Shown: positions 1 through 12,100 of the stretch, piece after piece
Position numbering within the stretch: position 1 is the stretch's first letter
How the letters are laid out: each line of letters starts with the position of its first letter
Assembly: GCA_030704615.1 (NCBI GenBank)
Contig: CM060734.1
Location: 1,364,001 to 1,428,000, forward strand
Reading direction: 5' to 3'
Source: Takakia lepidozioides
Lineage: Eukaryota > Plantae > Bryophyta
Length of the DNA: 64,000 bases
The notes under the pieces: generated by a model
The model's database searches: none
Told to the model about the DNA's origin: nothing
Seen by the model: only the letters and a program-made list of their open reading frames with translations
Made by a program: the position numbers and the translations under genes

Positions 1-400
1 GGGGGGTAACGGCCCCTGCTGGAGGATATGGAGCCATGATGCAGGAATAGATTGGATTACGTTGATGTAACCTGCATTTCCTCTTGCGGTGCCAACGATA
101 TGGTTTATATGGTTTTGGTCCCAGGGTGCTATGCCTGACCAAATGTTTCCAATTTTGAAATGTCTAGGTAGTCCCAGGCTGACCAGCGTTTTGCAAATTC
201 CCGAGCCTCTTGGCTGTGAACATTGGAGTTCAGAAAGAGGTGTTGTCGAATAACTTCTTCATATGAGGAGGGCTCGGATTTGATGAGGTAAGGTCTTAGC
301 CTACCCCATGCCTTCCAAATTGCATTCCATAGAGGGGAACTAGGCTGCTTGTGTCTGAATCCGTTTACTATCCACCGGGAAGACTGACCATTGGGCATTT
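1..400 (-). mobile_element. LINE ORF2 fragment (region downstream of RT)
   Basis: ORF 129-398 has SPLWNAIWKAW...YEEVIRQHLFLN, resembling the post-RT region of plant L1-type LINEs; no catalytic motif visible. Confidence 0.4.
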
Positions 401-1904
401 TTTAGGGGGGGGAAATTGCCTGCTCTGAAAATAAACATAAAACAAAAATCACCACTAAAATACTATAATGTATTGCCTAACCCCACCACCTCCGATATCG
501 TTGATGTCAAGTAGCTTTTATGTGTTCATTTGAATAAATAGCTAGGACCCAAGGGATGGGGACTATAAAACTTGAAAATACAAATCTCCCCCCTTATCAA
601 TCACCCAATGGATATGACAATTCAAATTCCATATCCATAACATGGGGATTTTGAAAACTTATTACAAGATCAATACCCGGCATTAACCTTTAAAAATAAA
701 AAAATAAAAACAGCGACACCTATTGAAACAGGTATTCCATTAGAAAACATATATTTGAAATTGGCGTCACTGACGTGGCTTTAGGAAGGGCAAATCCAAG
801 GGTCAATTAACTTCCGATCAGCCTAAGCACAAAAGAGGAAGGATGTAGGTCATCTTTAGCTCTTATTCTTACCTACCTTGCTTTTATCACTGTTTACATC
901 TCTGTCTCTCTCTGCATATCACTATCTTATCACTCTGCTTCCATCATCTCAGGCAGCCTTTATAGGAGCAGTGTCTCATTTATCAGCCTTCATGGCCTTT
1001 GTAAGGTTATTTTTTCTTTACCTTTTTTAATAAATTACGAGGGCTTCTTCCCCTCTTACCCAAAAAAAGAAAAGAAAAACAAAAAAACAATACACTTATC
1101 CTGATGGGTATGAAACCCGCCCAACACTTGTACCTTCCAAAGTACCTACTACCCAACGAGTACCTCTTTCAACCCTTATTATTATTATTATTATTGTCTT
1201 TCACTTTTTGTTACAATCTGACCCCGAAATTAAGTTACTACATCCGTCCTCCGAACTTGTTTATAATCCAAAAAATTGAACCAACAACATAGGTGTGCCA
1301 TTTGAAGTCTTGGGCGGAACCTAAAGATGCGATGGCAGTTACTGATTGGTCTCAATTTTTTTGGGGACCTCACATGGATGCCCTTGACACTTCAACCGGA
1401 GGGATTAGGAATTGAACGGCTGAAATTTTTTGTAGAATATTTGGAAGAGAGATTTTGGCCTGCCCAAAGAAAATAGCATAACTTGACCCCCCCCCCTTTG
1501 TCACTACAAAGGAGCCCACTTGAGAACATTTACCCTAAAACTGAAAACTTCTGAGGATATGTGTTCACTGTTATCAGGTAGGGAACAACATTCTTGAGAC
1601 TCTTTAAAAAAAAAAACTGCCAAAGTATTGCCAAAAAAAAACTGCTTTTTTTGGCACCTATTTCTTAGTGGAGAGTTGTTTTTGTCCCCACTCTGCACTT
1701 TATAATCTGCAGACCTGTTGGATTTTGATGAAACTTTTTGTGGGAGGAGGTGGGGTAGGTGGGAAGTAATTCCAACGGTCAGTTTTACAGGGACACAGAG
1801 AATCTCCAGATTATTTTTATTTTTTTGGTGAACAGGGGACAGAGGCCCAAAAAAGTTTTTGTGGGCCAGGGTCAAATTTTTCCACCAAAGGGTGAAAATG
1901 AGTT

Positions 1905-1962
1905 TAGGCATTAAGGGTTAAAGGGCCTCCGTCCCCTTTCGTTAAAAAAAAAGGAAAAAAAA
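1905..1962 (+). mobile_element. Short 3' tail of a LINE-like retroposon
   Basis: GGCCTCCGTCCCCT followed by an A-rich tail; the reverse complement occurs at about 5258-5271 next to a T-run. Confidence 0.35.
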
Positions 1963-2668
1963 GAGCAGGCAATTTTTGGTTCGACCACCAAATTGAGTGT
2001 GGGTTTGATTTTGCTGCCTATTTCTCTTAGCCAGCGTGAATTTGTGGTAAGAAAGCCAGCACGCACATCTTTTTCTTCTTTTTTTTTGTGATCCACTCAC
2101 TAACTTGCAAAAAAGTTCATGTCTGTGTGATCCACTCACTAAGGCCGATATGGTGACCCACTCAGGGCTGGCCCCGTGGCGGGTCAACTTTGCATGGCCA
2201 CCTTCCATGAGCCCAAATAGTAGACCACCTCATTTGTACAAAAGTTGTACACGAGCCCTGCCACCTCCAATTGGCCTACTTTCAGTTCTAACATGTCAGC
2301 AACACCGCAGAAAAGAGACTCATGGCCCAAGTCCAACTGACAGCATTCGCATGCATATCTGAGAACAGCTAGGGGGTCCCTGTAAGATCTACACTCCGAC
2401 ATACTGGCAGCATGTTGCACAAACAATAACAATCACTCTCAGCCAATAAATCAAAAACATGCTCAATCCTTCAGATGACCATCCAGGCACCATGAGAGCA
2501 ACCCACACAGGACACTCACTAACACATCATTTGAAATTTACAAGCACCCATCATTTAAGCATCCAAAGGACACTTCTCGTCACTCTGCACCATATAATTC
2601 AAAAAGGATGGCTTTGCTCTTGAAAGCTGACTGCTAAGCAGTAACAGATCTGAAAGTATGATATGCAC

Positions 2669-5029
2669 TTAGTAGATGCACACAGGTTTCCCCATCATAG
2701 TCTTCAAGTACAAAACTCTTACCTACATCACACAGCAAAGACCCTATCAGTGTCCCCTCTGAATTTAGAAACAAACTAGAGCCATCACACAGCCATCTTA
2801 CTAGTACTCTTCATTTGTGAAGAACCCCCCTGCACAAACTGTCCACATCAGCACTGTCACTGAGTGTCACTTCCTGCAATATCAGACAAGATAATACAAT
2901 TGGCATTGCAAGTTCCTCAGCACAGCAGGATGCGTTGGATGCAAGGGACATAATAGCGTAAGCCAAAATTTTCCTCAGAAAGGTCGAGGCATGAAGTCCT
3001 GCAAATTAAAGTGCTTTCTCCAGTCCCTTTGGAACAAACATCAAGAAACACTAATCAGCAGGTCAACTCACATTCTGCCAGTTCTTCTTGAGCAAAGAAA
3101 CAAGAAAGTTGATGCTAAGCTGCACGTTTTGGAAAATCTGCTTCTCCTCCATGTCACAGTTCCCAATGGGCACACCCATGCAAAGGACTTTTTTGAGCTG
3201 GAACTTGACCATAGCCTTGGTCTCTGTCATCTTTGCCCCAAGTGACTCCTGGTGGCTCACAAGGGCAGGGAACTTGCCAGCTTTGTTCAGCCCTGGCCCC
3301 AGCAATCGGGGAATCTGCTTGATCACAGACTCTGATGCCAAAAAGGCATGGTACTTCTTTGCCAGCTTCTTCACCAGCTTTTTGTTCTTATTCATTTTTT
3401 TTAAGCCTTCAACATCCATGTGCTCCATCCCAATTTTGTTTGCCTGTAGGGACCAGCTAATTCAGGATATACAATCAACAAGGCATCCCCATGCAAACCT
3501 AGCAAATTCCCAATCCTGAAAAAGTCTAATAAATGGGTACTTATCAAGACAATGGGACAAAGTGAAGAAGTGTGAAAACACCTCCAACAGGATAAAAAGG
3601 TCACACAACTTCTGAAAATCTAGAAGGCCTAGCCTTATAAAGAGACATCTCAAAGGCAACTGAAGTAATAATCCATCTCACAAACTTATTATCCATATAA
3701 TGCACGGTAATGCCTAAATCTGACTCCTTAAACTTCAAAAGAGGTGACACATACTAAACTTGTCCACCACAGTGAAGCTAGAAACTGAGGACTACAGAAG
3801 CACTTCCCTCCCGCAAACTAAGTGGGTGGAAATAAGGCATGAGAGCAAGGAGGAAAGGGAGGACTCAATGATTGCCTCAGGAACTTCTGTGCCTGTCAAA
3901 CTAATCTCGGTTGTAGCAGGCATGAACACCTGATCAAATCCAGAACACTGACTGCATGTACGCGATACCGAGAAAGCTAACGCTGTCAACAGTTTTGAAT
4001 ACCCAGATGAGCCAGTAAGTCCCACTGATTTTCCTAGTTCAATAAACAGACCAAGGGGTCTCCTTACCTCCTCAACATGCTGGGCATCTCCTAGTATGCA
4101 CATTTTCATCTTCGGGCGAGGAACATTAGGCAGCTTCACTGACCCACTGAAACGCTTGTCTTTCTGAGGATCATAGTTCTTGAGCCCAATCTGGAGTTCG
4201 ATTGTCTCGGTGAACTTGCGGGCCTTCTCCTTGAATTCAGTGAGCACCTGGGTGATGGCCTCCCTCAACACATCGCTCTGAAGCTTACTGTAAGCCGAAA
4301 TAAAAACTCATAGAAAGTGTCATAAACATTCAGAGGCCTTGCAGAAAAGCACACGCAATTGATACTAAAAATCAGTGGTATCTCTCCCCCCTCGCCATAC
4401 AATGGGTGAATGATACTGGAACCGTTTCAAAGGGGGCACCTTCTTTGGTAACGAGAGTTTTCACTCCCCCCGGATCAACCCAGGTACCCATTTGAGGAGG
4501 AGTGAAAAGTTGCATTCACTCCCCGCCCGAGGCTGGGTGGACCGCGTAGCATGGGATCCAATCCAGACGCTACCCATGCATTCATGCCCGAGTGGTGATC
4601 TACATTACAACACCTTTTCTTTTGTTCATAACCACCCCTATTACATCATAGGAACTCAACCAACATCTCATTCATCGTCCCATAAGACAGAAAGAACCGG
4701 CAAGATAGACACAGGTGTAGAGTTGACATCAGCAAAGAGCGTCAGATTCGTTTCAATCATTTGGCTTAGCAATCAAAAAACCAGACGTCACTCTGAATAT
4801 CCACATCAATTACATCCCTCCACAACACCTCGCTTGCACCTTTCTGTCCCTCTCCACATTATACAATGGCTAGGGTCCATGCTACACAATCAGATCCCAA
4901 ACACAACTAGGCGACCTCGGAACATAACAACTACTCGAGTATAACCGATTCAAACATGACCAACCACGCAAAGATTCACACAGTAAGCCTAGGTATGCAA
5001 ACCATCACCCGCAGAAGAACCAACCTCAT
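2669..5029 (-). CDS. RPL10A: 60S ribosomal protein L10a (uL1), 4 exons: 5029-5025, 4287-4068, 3443-3072, 2722-2669
   Basis: Exons join via GT-AG introns into 651 nt (216 aa plus stop): [13 protein letters not shown]...[23 protein letters not shown]...[16 protein letters not shown]...[23 protein letters not shown]. Confidence 0.96.
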
Positions 5030-5228
5030 CGTAGCTAGTAGGGGCAGCCGGCTCCCGACGCGTGAGACAGGAAGGACGCCAAAAGGAATCTGAGGAATCA
5101 CAAGCAACTGACCTAATAGCTCCCTCAAAGGTTTACCCGAACCAGCGCTTTGGCGATTCCAGACGTAAGAAATTATGCTTTGGAATCTTAGGGCTTGGAC
5201 GACAACTGGCGCCTCCTGAGTCGCCTTC

Positions 5229-5550
5229 CTTTTTTTTCTTTTTTTTCTCAACAGAAGAGGGACGGAGGCCTCAGAATTTTATAAAAAAGGGGGATGTAAA
5301 TATCCCGAGAAGTACGTACAGGAAAAAATAACCTCTACGGCTGAGTGCCATAGAGGCTCAACCAGGAAGACACCGCTTGGTGACCAAAGCAAGAGAAGGC
5401 AAAGGAGAACGGAATCTCAAAAGAAGCCAGAACTACAACTGCTAGGGGGGTTGGGCGTCGCTAACCCCCCTAAACGTAGTAGTGAACTCATCTGTCTTTT
5501 GAGCCTTACAAGGGTAAGCGTGGTAGGAGGTTGGGTAGTGCGTGAGCGAG
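5229..5550 (-). mobile_element. 5'-truncated LINE-like 3' end upstream of RPL10A
   Basis: T-run at 5229-5247 (poly(A) on minus strand), the motif shared with 1923-1937, and a G/C stem-loop at about 5443-5472. Confidence 0.45.
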
Positions 5551-5559
5551 CACAAGGGC

Positions 5560-6890
5560 ATATTCCCCGAATTTTTGCGAAATTTCCATGAAACTTCCAT
5601 AGCGAAATGAAATTGGCGAAACTAACAATTATTCGAAACTAACACATAAAGAACAAGTAGCCCCTATACCTGATGAACATGTTACCCTATAGGCGTGGTT
5701 TTTTCTCAATGCAAAACCCACCGCTGTTTAGGTTTGTGCCCATATTACATATCATTTCTCAATGCGAAATTCAGTTTGTGCCTATAGCACATATCATTTC
5801 TCAGTGCGAAATTCAGTTTGAGCCCATAGCACATATCATTTCTCAATGCAAAATTCACCTAAACTATCATTTCTCACTGCGAAATTCACCGAAATTATCA
5901 TTTCTCCATGCGAAATTCAGTTTGTGCCCATAGCACATATAATTTGTCGCCTCTCATTTTTTAATATTAGGGTCTTGATTGCACCTATGGGCCCCGCCAG
6001 TACAGCCCATGGGGTGAGCTCATAAGCCCACCGCCCATTCACCGAGTCGGCCAGATTCTGAAATTTTTCTAAGTCCTTGTTCATCTACCGCAGCGGACCT
6101 TCTAGCGGACTAGGCAGACCCTCCAACATACCGACTCCAACCTTCTAGCAGACAGGCAGACCCTCCAGCAGACCGACGAGCGGACTGGGCAGACCCTCCT
6201 CCAGCAGACCGGCAAACCCTCCAACAGACCGACGAGCGGACTGGTAGACCCTTCGACAAAAATATATATTTAATAACACACAATACTATCGCATCACAAC
6301 CTGTCAAGTTTTGAACAACAAACCTCATGTTTGCTGTTCAATGCTCTAAACCACCACGCTACCCACCACTTTTTAGAAACTCTTGCGATAACTAATGTTT
6401 TATGTGCATATTGTGGGCCCCAGCAGACTAGCTTATGTGTTTTGTGGCCCTAGCAGACTAGCTTGCCGGGCAGACCTAGCAGCAGACTGGCCGGGTCCGG
6501 GTAGGGGCGCTCCCACCCTCTGCCACACGCGGCCCCGCCGCAGCCACACGCGGGAGCATTCAAGACCCTAATATTGTTCAATGAGAAGCATCAATGCGAA
6601 ATTCACCGAAACTATCATTTCTCCATGCAAAATTCACCTAAACTATCGTTTCTCACTACGAAATTCAGTTTGTGCCATAGCACATGTAATTTCTCAATGC
6701 GAAATTCACCGAAACTATCATTTCTCTTTGCGAAATTCACCGCCGTCGCTATAGGTTTAGGGTTTTTGGCTACACTACTGAAGGTTTTGCCTCGCTGAAA
6801 TGGCGCAGATGTACCGTACAAATGCACTAAAAACTATACCCGCTTATGGTTTTATTCCGTTTTGAAAGTGTCGTTCTATATCCCGGAATA
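5560..6890. repeat. Non-coding element made of degenerate 28-37-bp repeats (GCGAAATTCA...TATCATTTCTC), interrupted by a MITE
   Basis: Repeated CACATATCATTTCTCAATGCGAAATTCAGTTTGTGCCCATAG and GCGAAATTCACCGAAACTATCATTTCTC units at about 5740-5945 and 6590-6745. Confidence 0.6.
5968..6570. mobile_element. MITE / non-autonomous TIR element
   Basis: Terminal inverted repeats TAGGGTCTTGATTGC ... GCATTCAAGACCCTA, AT-rich palindromic flanks, internal GCAGACC repeats, no coding capacity. Confidence 0.7.
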
Positions 6891-8299
6891 TCTTTGGGAG
6901 CCCGCTGAGGGAGGGCGGCCTGGTCCTTCGCTAACTTTAGCCCTGACTTTCTCCTGGTGTTCCGCCATTCCTACCTCCCCCCTTGTTATTCTTTTGCCTT
7001 CTTTTAGTGATTCGGCTACTCTATCTTCTTTCTTGTCTAGCTACGATCGCTGCCATGGCCATGGCGCGCTTCCCTCACGACGCTACGCTCTCACTCGGAA
7101 CAGATGCTTCTCATTCTCATTGTTATCTGCTCAACGCACTTCTTTTAAGCACTACGTTGTTGGATTTCATGGAGTTTGCCGACTTCAAGCTCACTCATGC
7201 CAGTCTTTTTCACTATCAAGCTGCTTCCTGCTACAGAATGACTGGAGACCCCTCTCTGCGCCTTCTCAGTATGGTTGGTCCCCCGAAGGGACATACGCTC
7301 TACTCCAAACCAGGGCCTAACTTGGTCTACGCGCTGACACCGCAGAACGACATGCATCTTAAGCACGAGACAGGTACGACATACAAGCTTTCTTTTATGG
7401 TCCACCAAGCAACAGTGATCACGACGCCCCACACCCTGGGAATGCCACCCCGCGGTGGCCTCAGAGACCTCTGGACCCAGGGATCACGGCCAGCCTAGGC
7501 CAAGCTCCCAGCAGGTGCTCGACTCCAAAGCTGGAGCCATTAGTCTTATTTTCACCTAAGATTCCCGACATGAGAAAGATGGAGACGGCCAACCGACACG
7601 GCTGGAACACCGCAACACAACACAACGTTCTTCTAGTGCCTGCTACTATGAGGGCCCCTCCCCCACTCCAAGCAAGAAATCACTGTAGCAATCAGCGATC
7701 ATGGAGTCCGACTGGCAGCGATCTAGCCTATGTATACGGACGAAGACCAACGGCCTGGCCTCCCCCCCTATTTTGGAGGCCCCTCGAAGGGTGTATCCGC
7801 TGCTCACACTATTCGCAAGGGGTGTCAGCTGGAGCGAGCTACTCATCTTACCTCCCGCCCCAACACCTACCCTTCTACCCTCTCACCCAGTTACCAAAGG
7901 GCACATAAATTGATCTTGTTTCTGGGATTTCGGCAGTCCCCCCACACATCTTGATACGTTTTGACACCAACTTCGAGATGCCCAAAGAACAAGCTCTACT
8001 GAGAGCTCGCAAGCGATTCGAATCTATGAACATCCCACTCGGGACTAGGATATACTTACCCATCACGGCATACTCTAAGCACGGGAGCTCGATGTGGATT
8101 GGCCTCCTCAAGGTGGAGTTACTTCTCTCGGCCACAGATGGCCTTGCCCTCTTAAAAGGCAACCGCCCATTTGTACTCAACATGGCCTCTGGCATGCCCA
8201 AGCAAGGGAAGGTCGAAAAGGCAGGCTAGGCATCGTACAATTTTTTTTTACACAACCCTCAATCCTACGGGCTACCTCCCTACTTCTACACGGGGGGTG
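6890..8299 (+). mobile_element. Degenerate putative LINE 5' region/ORF1, continuing at 20121-20259 after the DNA transposon insertion
   Basis: Broken same-strand ORFs (6983-7498, 7701-7913, 7951-8229). Removing 8300-20120 restores an open frame (...PTSTRGV|LRSFYTAVARATK...). LINE identity is by resemblance only. Confidence 0.45.
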
Positions 8300-9179
8300 C
8301 TATTCCGTGAGCCCGGAGGCGTGAGCCTGTGAGCCCAGGAAAGCGTGAGCCCAACACAGGCTCACGCCACGTCAGCATGCAAACAGTGCCTATTTCCGCA
8401 GATGTCACCTAGTGGTGTCACCTATTTCCGCGGGTTGATGTGGGTAGAATTGAGAATGCCTGAACAGTTTTTGATGAGGTGGACTTCACCGTGATGGATT
8501 CACCAACCATTCTTCTAGCAGGAATAGTTTGGGGACCAACTAGCAAATGATGCGAGAATGCTCTACACGAACCAAAGTGGTTTGTTTGTTTTCGCAATGT
8601 ACTCAAGTCTGTGAGGTCCACAAAACACCAAATAGATTGAAGGAACAATCCAGGCAGTCCATGCAACCCCCATCTCCAACAATAGTTTGTAACCATGAAT
8701 GTGAATTCCACGCACACATTGCAAACAGGACAACAAGGACACACAACCATCCCATTTCAAATTTGGCCCAGAATTAAACCAAAAGAAAACTTCATATCAA
8801 GTGTCGCAGTCATCACAATCAGTGTCCACCTCCTGTGCTATGTCATCTACAAAGATTCTGGCCCAACACCACGTGTTCTACGAAGGCCGTCGTAAGGTGG
8901 ACTCCGAGTGCCATGAACGGACATGCTTGCTGCGAGTGCCTCCGCATAGACAGGTAGCACGCAAGACCGAGGAGGACTGCAAACAAGTCCAAATAGGTGT
9001 GATAGCCCTGGAGGGCAAGTGGAAGCACGCGGACTCCTGCACATGTCCACAAAACCCCATTTTTAACACAATGATGCAATGCACAAGTCCAACAAAGAGG
9101 ATGTCTCCCATGTGCACTTTGCCTCAAGAACAGCGATTCTCGATATTGAAACAACAATGCAAGCATGCACAGGTTGAAC

Positions 9180-12100
9180 TTACTCACAGGCAAAGTTGGA
9201 GTCCAGCTCCTTGTCAGAAGTCTCCTCTGTATCAGTATCAGCGGGACGGGGCTTCGGAAGGACTTGAGAAGTGTGTCCACCCAAACCCATCAGGAGGTTC
9301 TTGTAAATCTCAACATCCCCTCCAATCCCAAAGAGATGTCGCGCACTGGCCTTGCAAGCATGGTAAGAAGCACCTGCAGTGGAATAGAATGAATGAAGCA
9401 GACATTGAAGACACATTCGGAACGGTGGGAAGTGCTGAAAGTGCAAGCTCAATCAAACCTCATGAAATGTGAATGTTGAAGAGACGAACCTGTGCCCATC
9501 GACAAATCCAGAACTCTGGCGTCTGTGTAGGTGCAGCACTCCACAATCGTTTGAATGAAAGCCGGGCTCCTCTCCCTCGCCCCTCTCCAAGGAACCCCAT
9601 TCCCCCTTCGCAAGCACACGTTGCTGTCGACGTAGTTGTGATGCATGTCATCCGTGGGAGGATCTGTCCTGTCATCTATGAACTTGGCCCCATGAGTGAT
9701 GGCGAACTCGGTAATGCCGGCCGGAGTCGTTTGTGGATGCACCCGGACGAGACAAACAGCTTCAAACAGACGAGTCTGCGAACATAACATCCACAAGGAA
9801 CTAAGAAGCAAAAAAAAATCGGGCCCCTACATATGAGTTCGAGCGACCTATACAACCCCATCCAAGAACAACCAAGAAGAGGAAGAAGAAGGCAAACTCA
9901 CCATCTCTCCGGACGATCCCCTTCGTAAGGTACATGTTGTTCACACAATTCCATGTCTTCACGACTCTCATGCCCGAGGCTTTCAAATAGCTGGAAAGTG
10001 CACGGCGACACCGAACGTCGATGGACTGGATGAGCACCAAAACACCTGCATCGGACAGGAAGAAGTTGCAAAAGGAGAAAACCCACCGCCAGTAGCGCTC
10101 ATCAAAAGCATTCCAACCCGGACAAGCACCCGATGGAGGGATATCCGGGACTGCCAACCCATCAGGGATGTCCAAGATGATGAGTTCGGCTGCATATGGC
10201 TTCTCCTTCCCGTTCACCCAGAATTTGATCATTTTAGCCTGCAAACAAAAATACAATGGAATTCTCACAAGTTTAGAAACGATCCATGCCCACAGCAGAC
10301 AAAGACAATAGAAGCCACAGAACCCAAAGAGAACACGCACCGTGCTGAGGAACTCCACAATCCTGTCCCACACTAGTGATGGCTCGCCCTTGTAATCAGA
10401 TTTCTTCGACTCCATCATGGCAAGGAACCCGACGTTGGCCATCTCCAACCTGGTTGGGCGAATGACCCTCGTGGGATGTTCCACTGCATGGTACGGGTCC
10501 TTGGGATCAACCACCCCCTTGTTTTTTCTCCCGGATCCCCTACCATGGTGGAGTCTGCTAGACATGCTCCACAGGGCCAATATCTGCAACACTTCCCTGC
10601 CCTGTGCCACCTTCCCTCTACCCCTTCCCTTCCCCACAACACCAGCAACATCTTTTCCCTTTGCCTTTCTTCCTCTACCTGGGTATCCTGAGCGGGAGGC
10701 TCCTTCTCTGCAAGAGTCCTCAAATTCCGTTCATGAATGTCGAGGTCGGCTGTTGCGGCAGTGGCTGCAATACGGTCATTCTCTCTCCTAAGACACCTCT
10801 GGAGCTGGGGTCTCAGAAGGAGGGCAATCCAAATACCAACCACAAGAAGAAAGATGGTTTGGCCCCAGTCATGCAAGATCCCAGTAGTAAACATGGTCTG
10901 GTTGCCAGCAGGGACAAACCACAGGTCCACGAAATCTGGATGTTTGTCCAGGCAATTTTCTTCCAGGAGAAACAAACTTTATGTACCTGCCAGCAACAGA
11001 GACAGCCTCATTTTACAATGGAAATATTGTGTGGCAACTTTTCCATCACACTAGGAAGACCCCCTTCAACAGTATGCCACAAACACATTGCAACCACAGC
11101 ACAAATAAGTAGTGCAAGAGTGTGCACCTGTAAAGGCATCGTTTCCAGGCTTCCTCTCCTTTTCTTGCTGGTCCAGCTCATTTGTTCACTGATGCCACCC
11201 TCCTTGCTGAACTCTCTAAAGAAAAAGAGTGCCACACTGTGGCTCTCCATTTCCTCATGTATGCTTCGAAGGACACCTTGGTGCTATCATACTGATGCCA
11301 TAGTCAGCCAGTTGAGTATGCAGAACCGATCTGGCCCTTTCTCCAACTGCAAAACAATGCAAATGCAAGAATGAACCCAAAAGCAATCACAGCGAATGTA
11401 AGAGGCAATAGAAAGATAAGGACAGGAAAAGAGAAAAGACAGTGACACAGGGAAGGACATCACACCTGGCTCCAGTAAGTGCCTTGTGAAGCCAGGTGTC
11501 CAGCACATTGTCACTGACAGGAATGACACGCTGGGTCTTCTTCTCTTTCTCCGCCTTGGGATATCCTAACTGTGGGATCGGAGTTCCATATCTGCAGCCA
11601 CTTCACCTTTTGTTCTGGAGACAACTGTGCAACTTTCCTGGGCATTTCTGGCTGTTATAATGGTTTTTATCTCCGGAGAAATTGCGGTCGAATGATGGGT
11701 CGGCAATTCTAAATGCTTCACGAAAGCGAGCTCATTGTTATAGCTCACTTTCTTGCCGTCAGCTTCATTCTTGTTGGCATCTCTTCTTCATATCCTCTTG
11801 GAGGTGAGACTCTCACCACCCCTTGCTGTCTCTCTCTCTCCTCTGGGGTAGAGCTGCTGTAGTATTCCAGTTTGCCACGCTCCCTGCATCTGCAATGTCT
11901 TGCTGCAAGGGAATGCAAGAGAGTTGCATTAGCACAAGGTCAAGGGAAACAAACAGAAACAAACATGTGGAATATGGAAGACCAGATGAGGAAGATGTAT
12001 CTCACCGTGTACATGTACTCCATGAAAGCCTCACGGGTCAACGAGTACCACGTTTCCGATGTCTTGGAGCTTTCGCACTTCTTGTACATCTCCGCTGAAA

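Noticed and set aside
2085-2215. Possible 5S rRNA- or tRNA-derived SINE on the minus strand
   Set aside because: Only a short TGGGTCACC resemblance to the 5S C-box; no convincing alignment, cloverleaf or TSD.
3792-4067. C-terminal extension of the RPL10A exon 2 ORF
   Set aside because: Read-through into an intron that has canonical GT-AG sites.
8801-9472. 223-aa plus-strand ORF, and similar antisense ORFs over gag, pol and transposase (e.g. 10604-11374, 16775-17596, 23066-23806, 60882-61760)
   Set aside because: Antisense shadows with no recognisable motifs.
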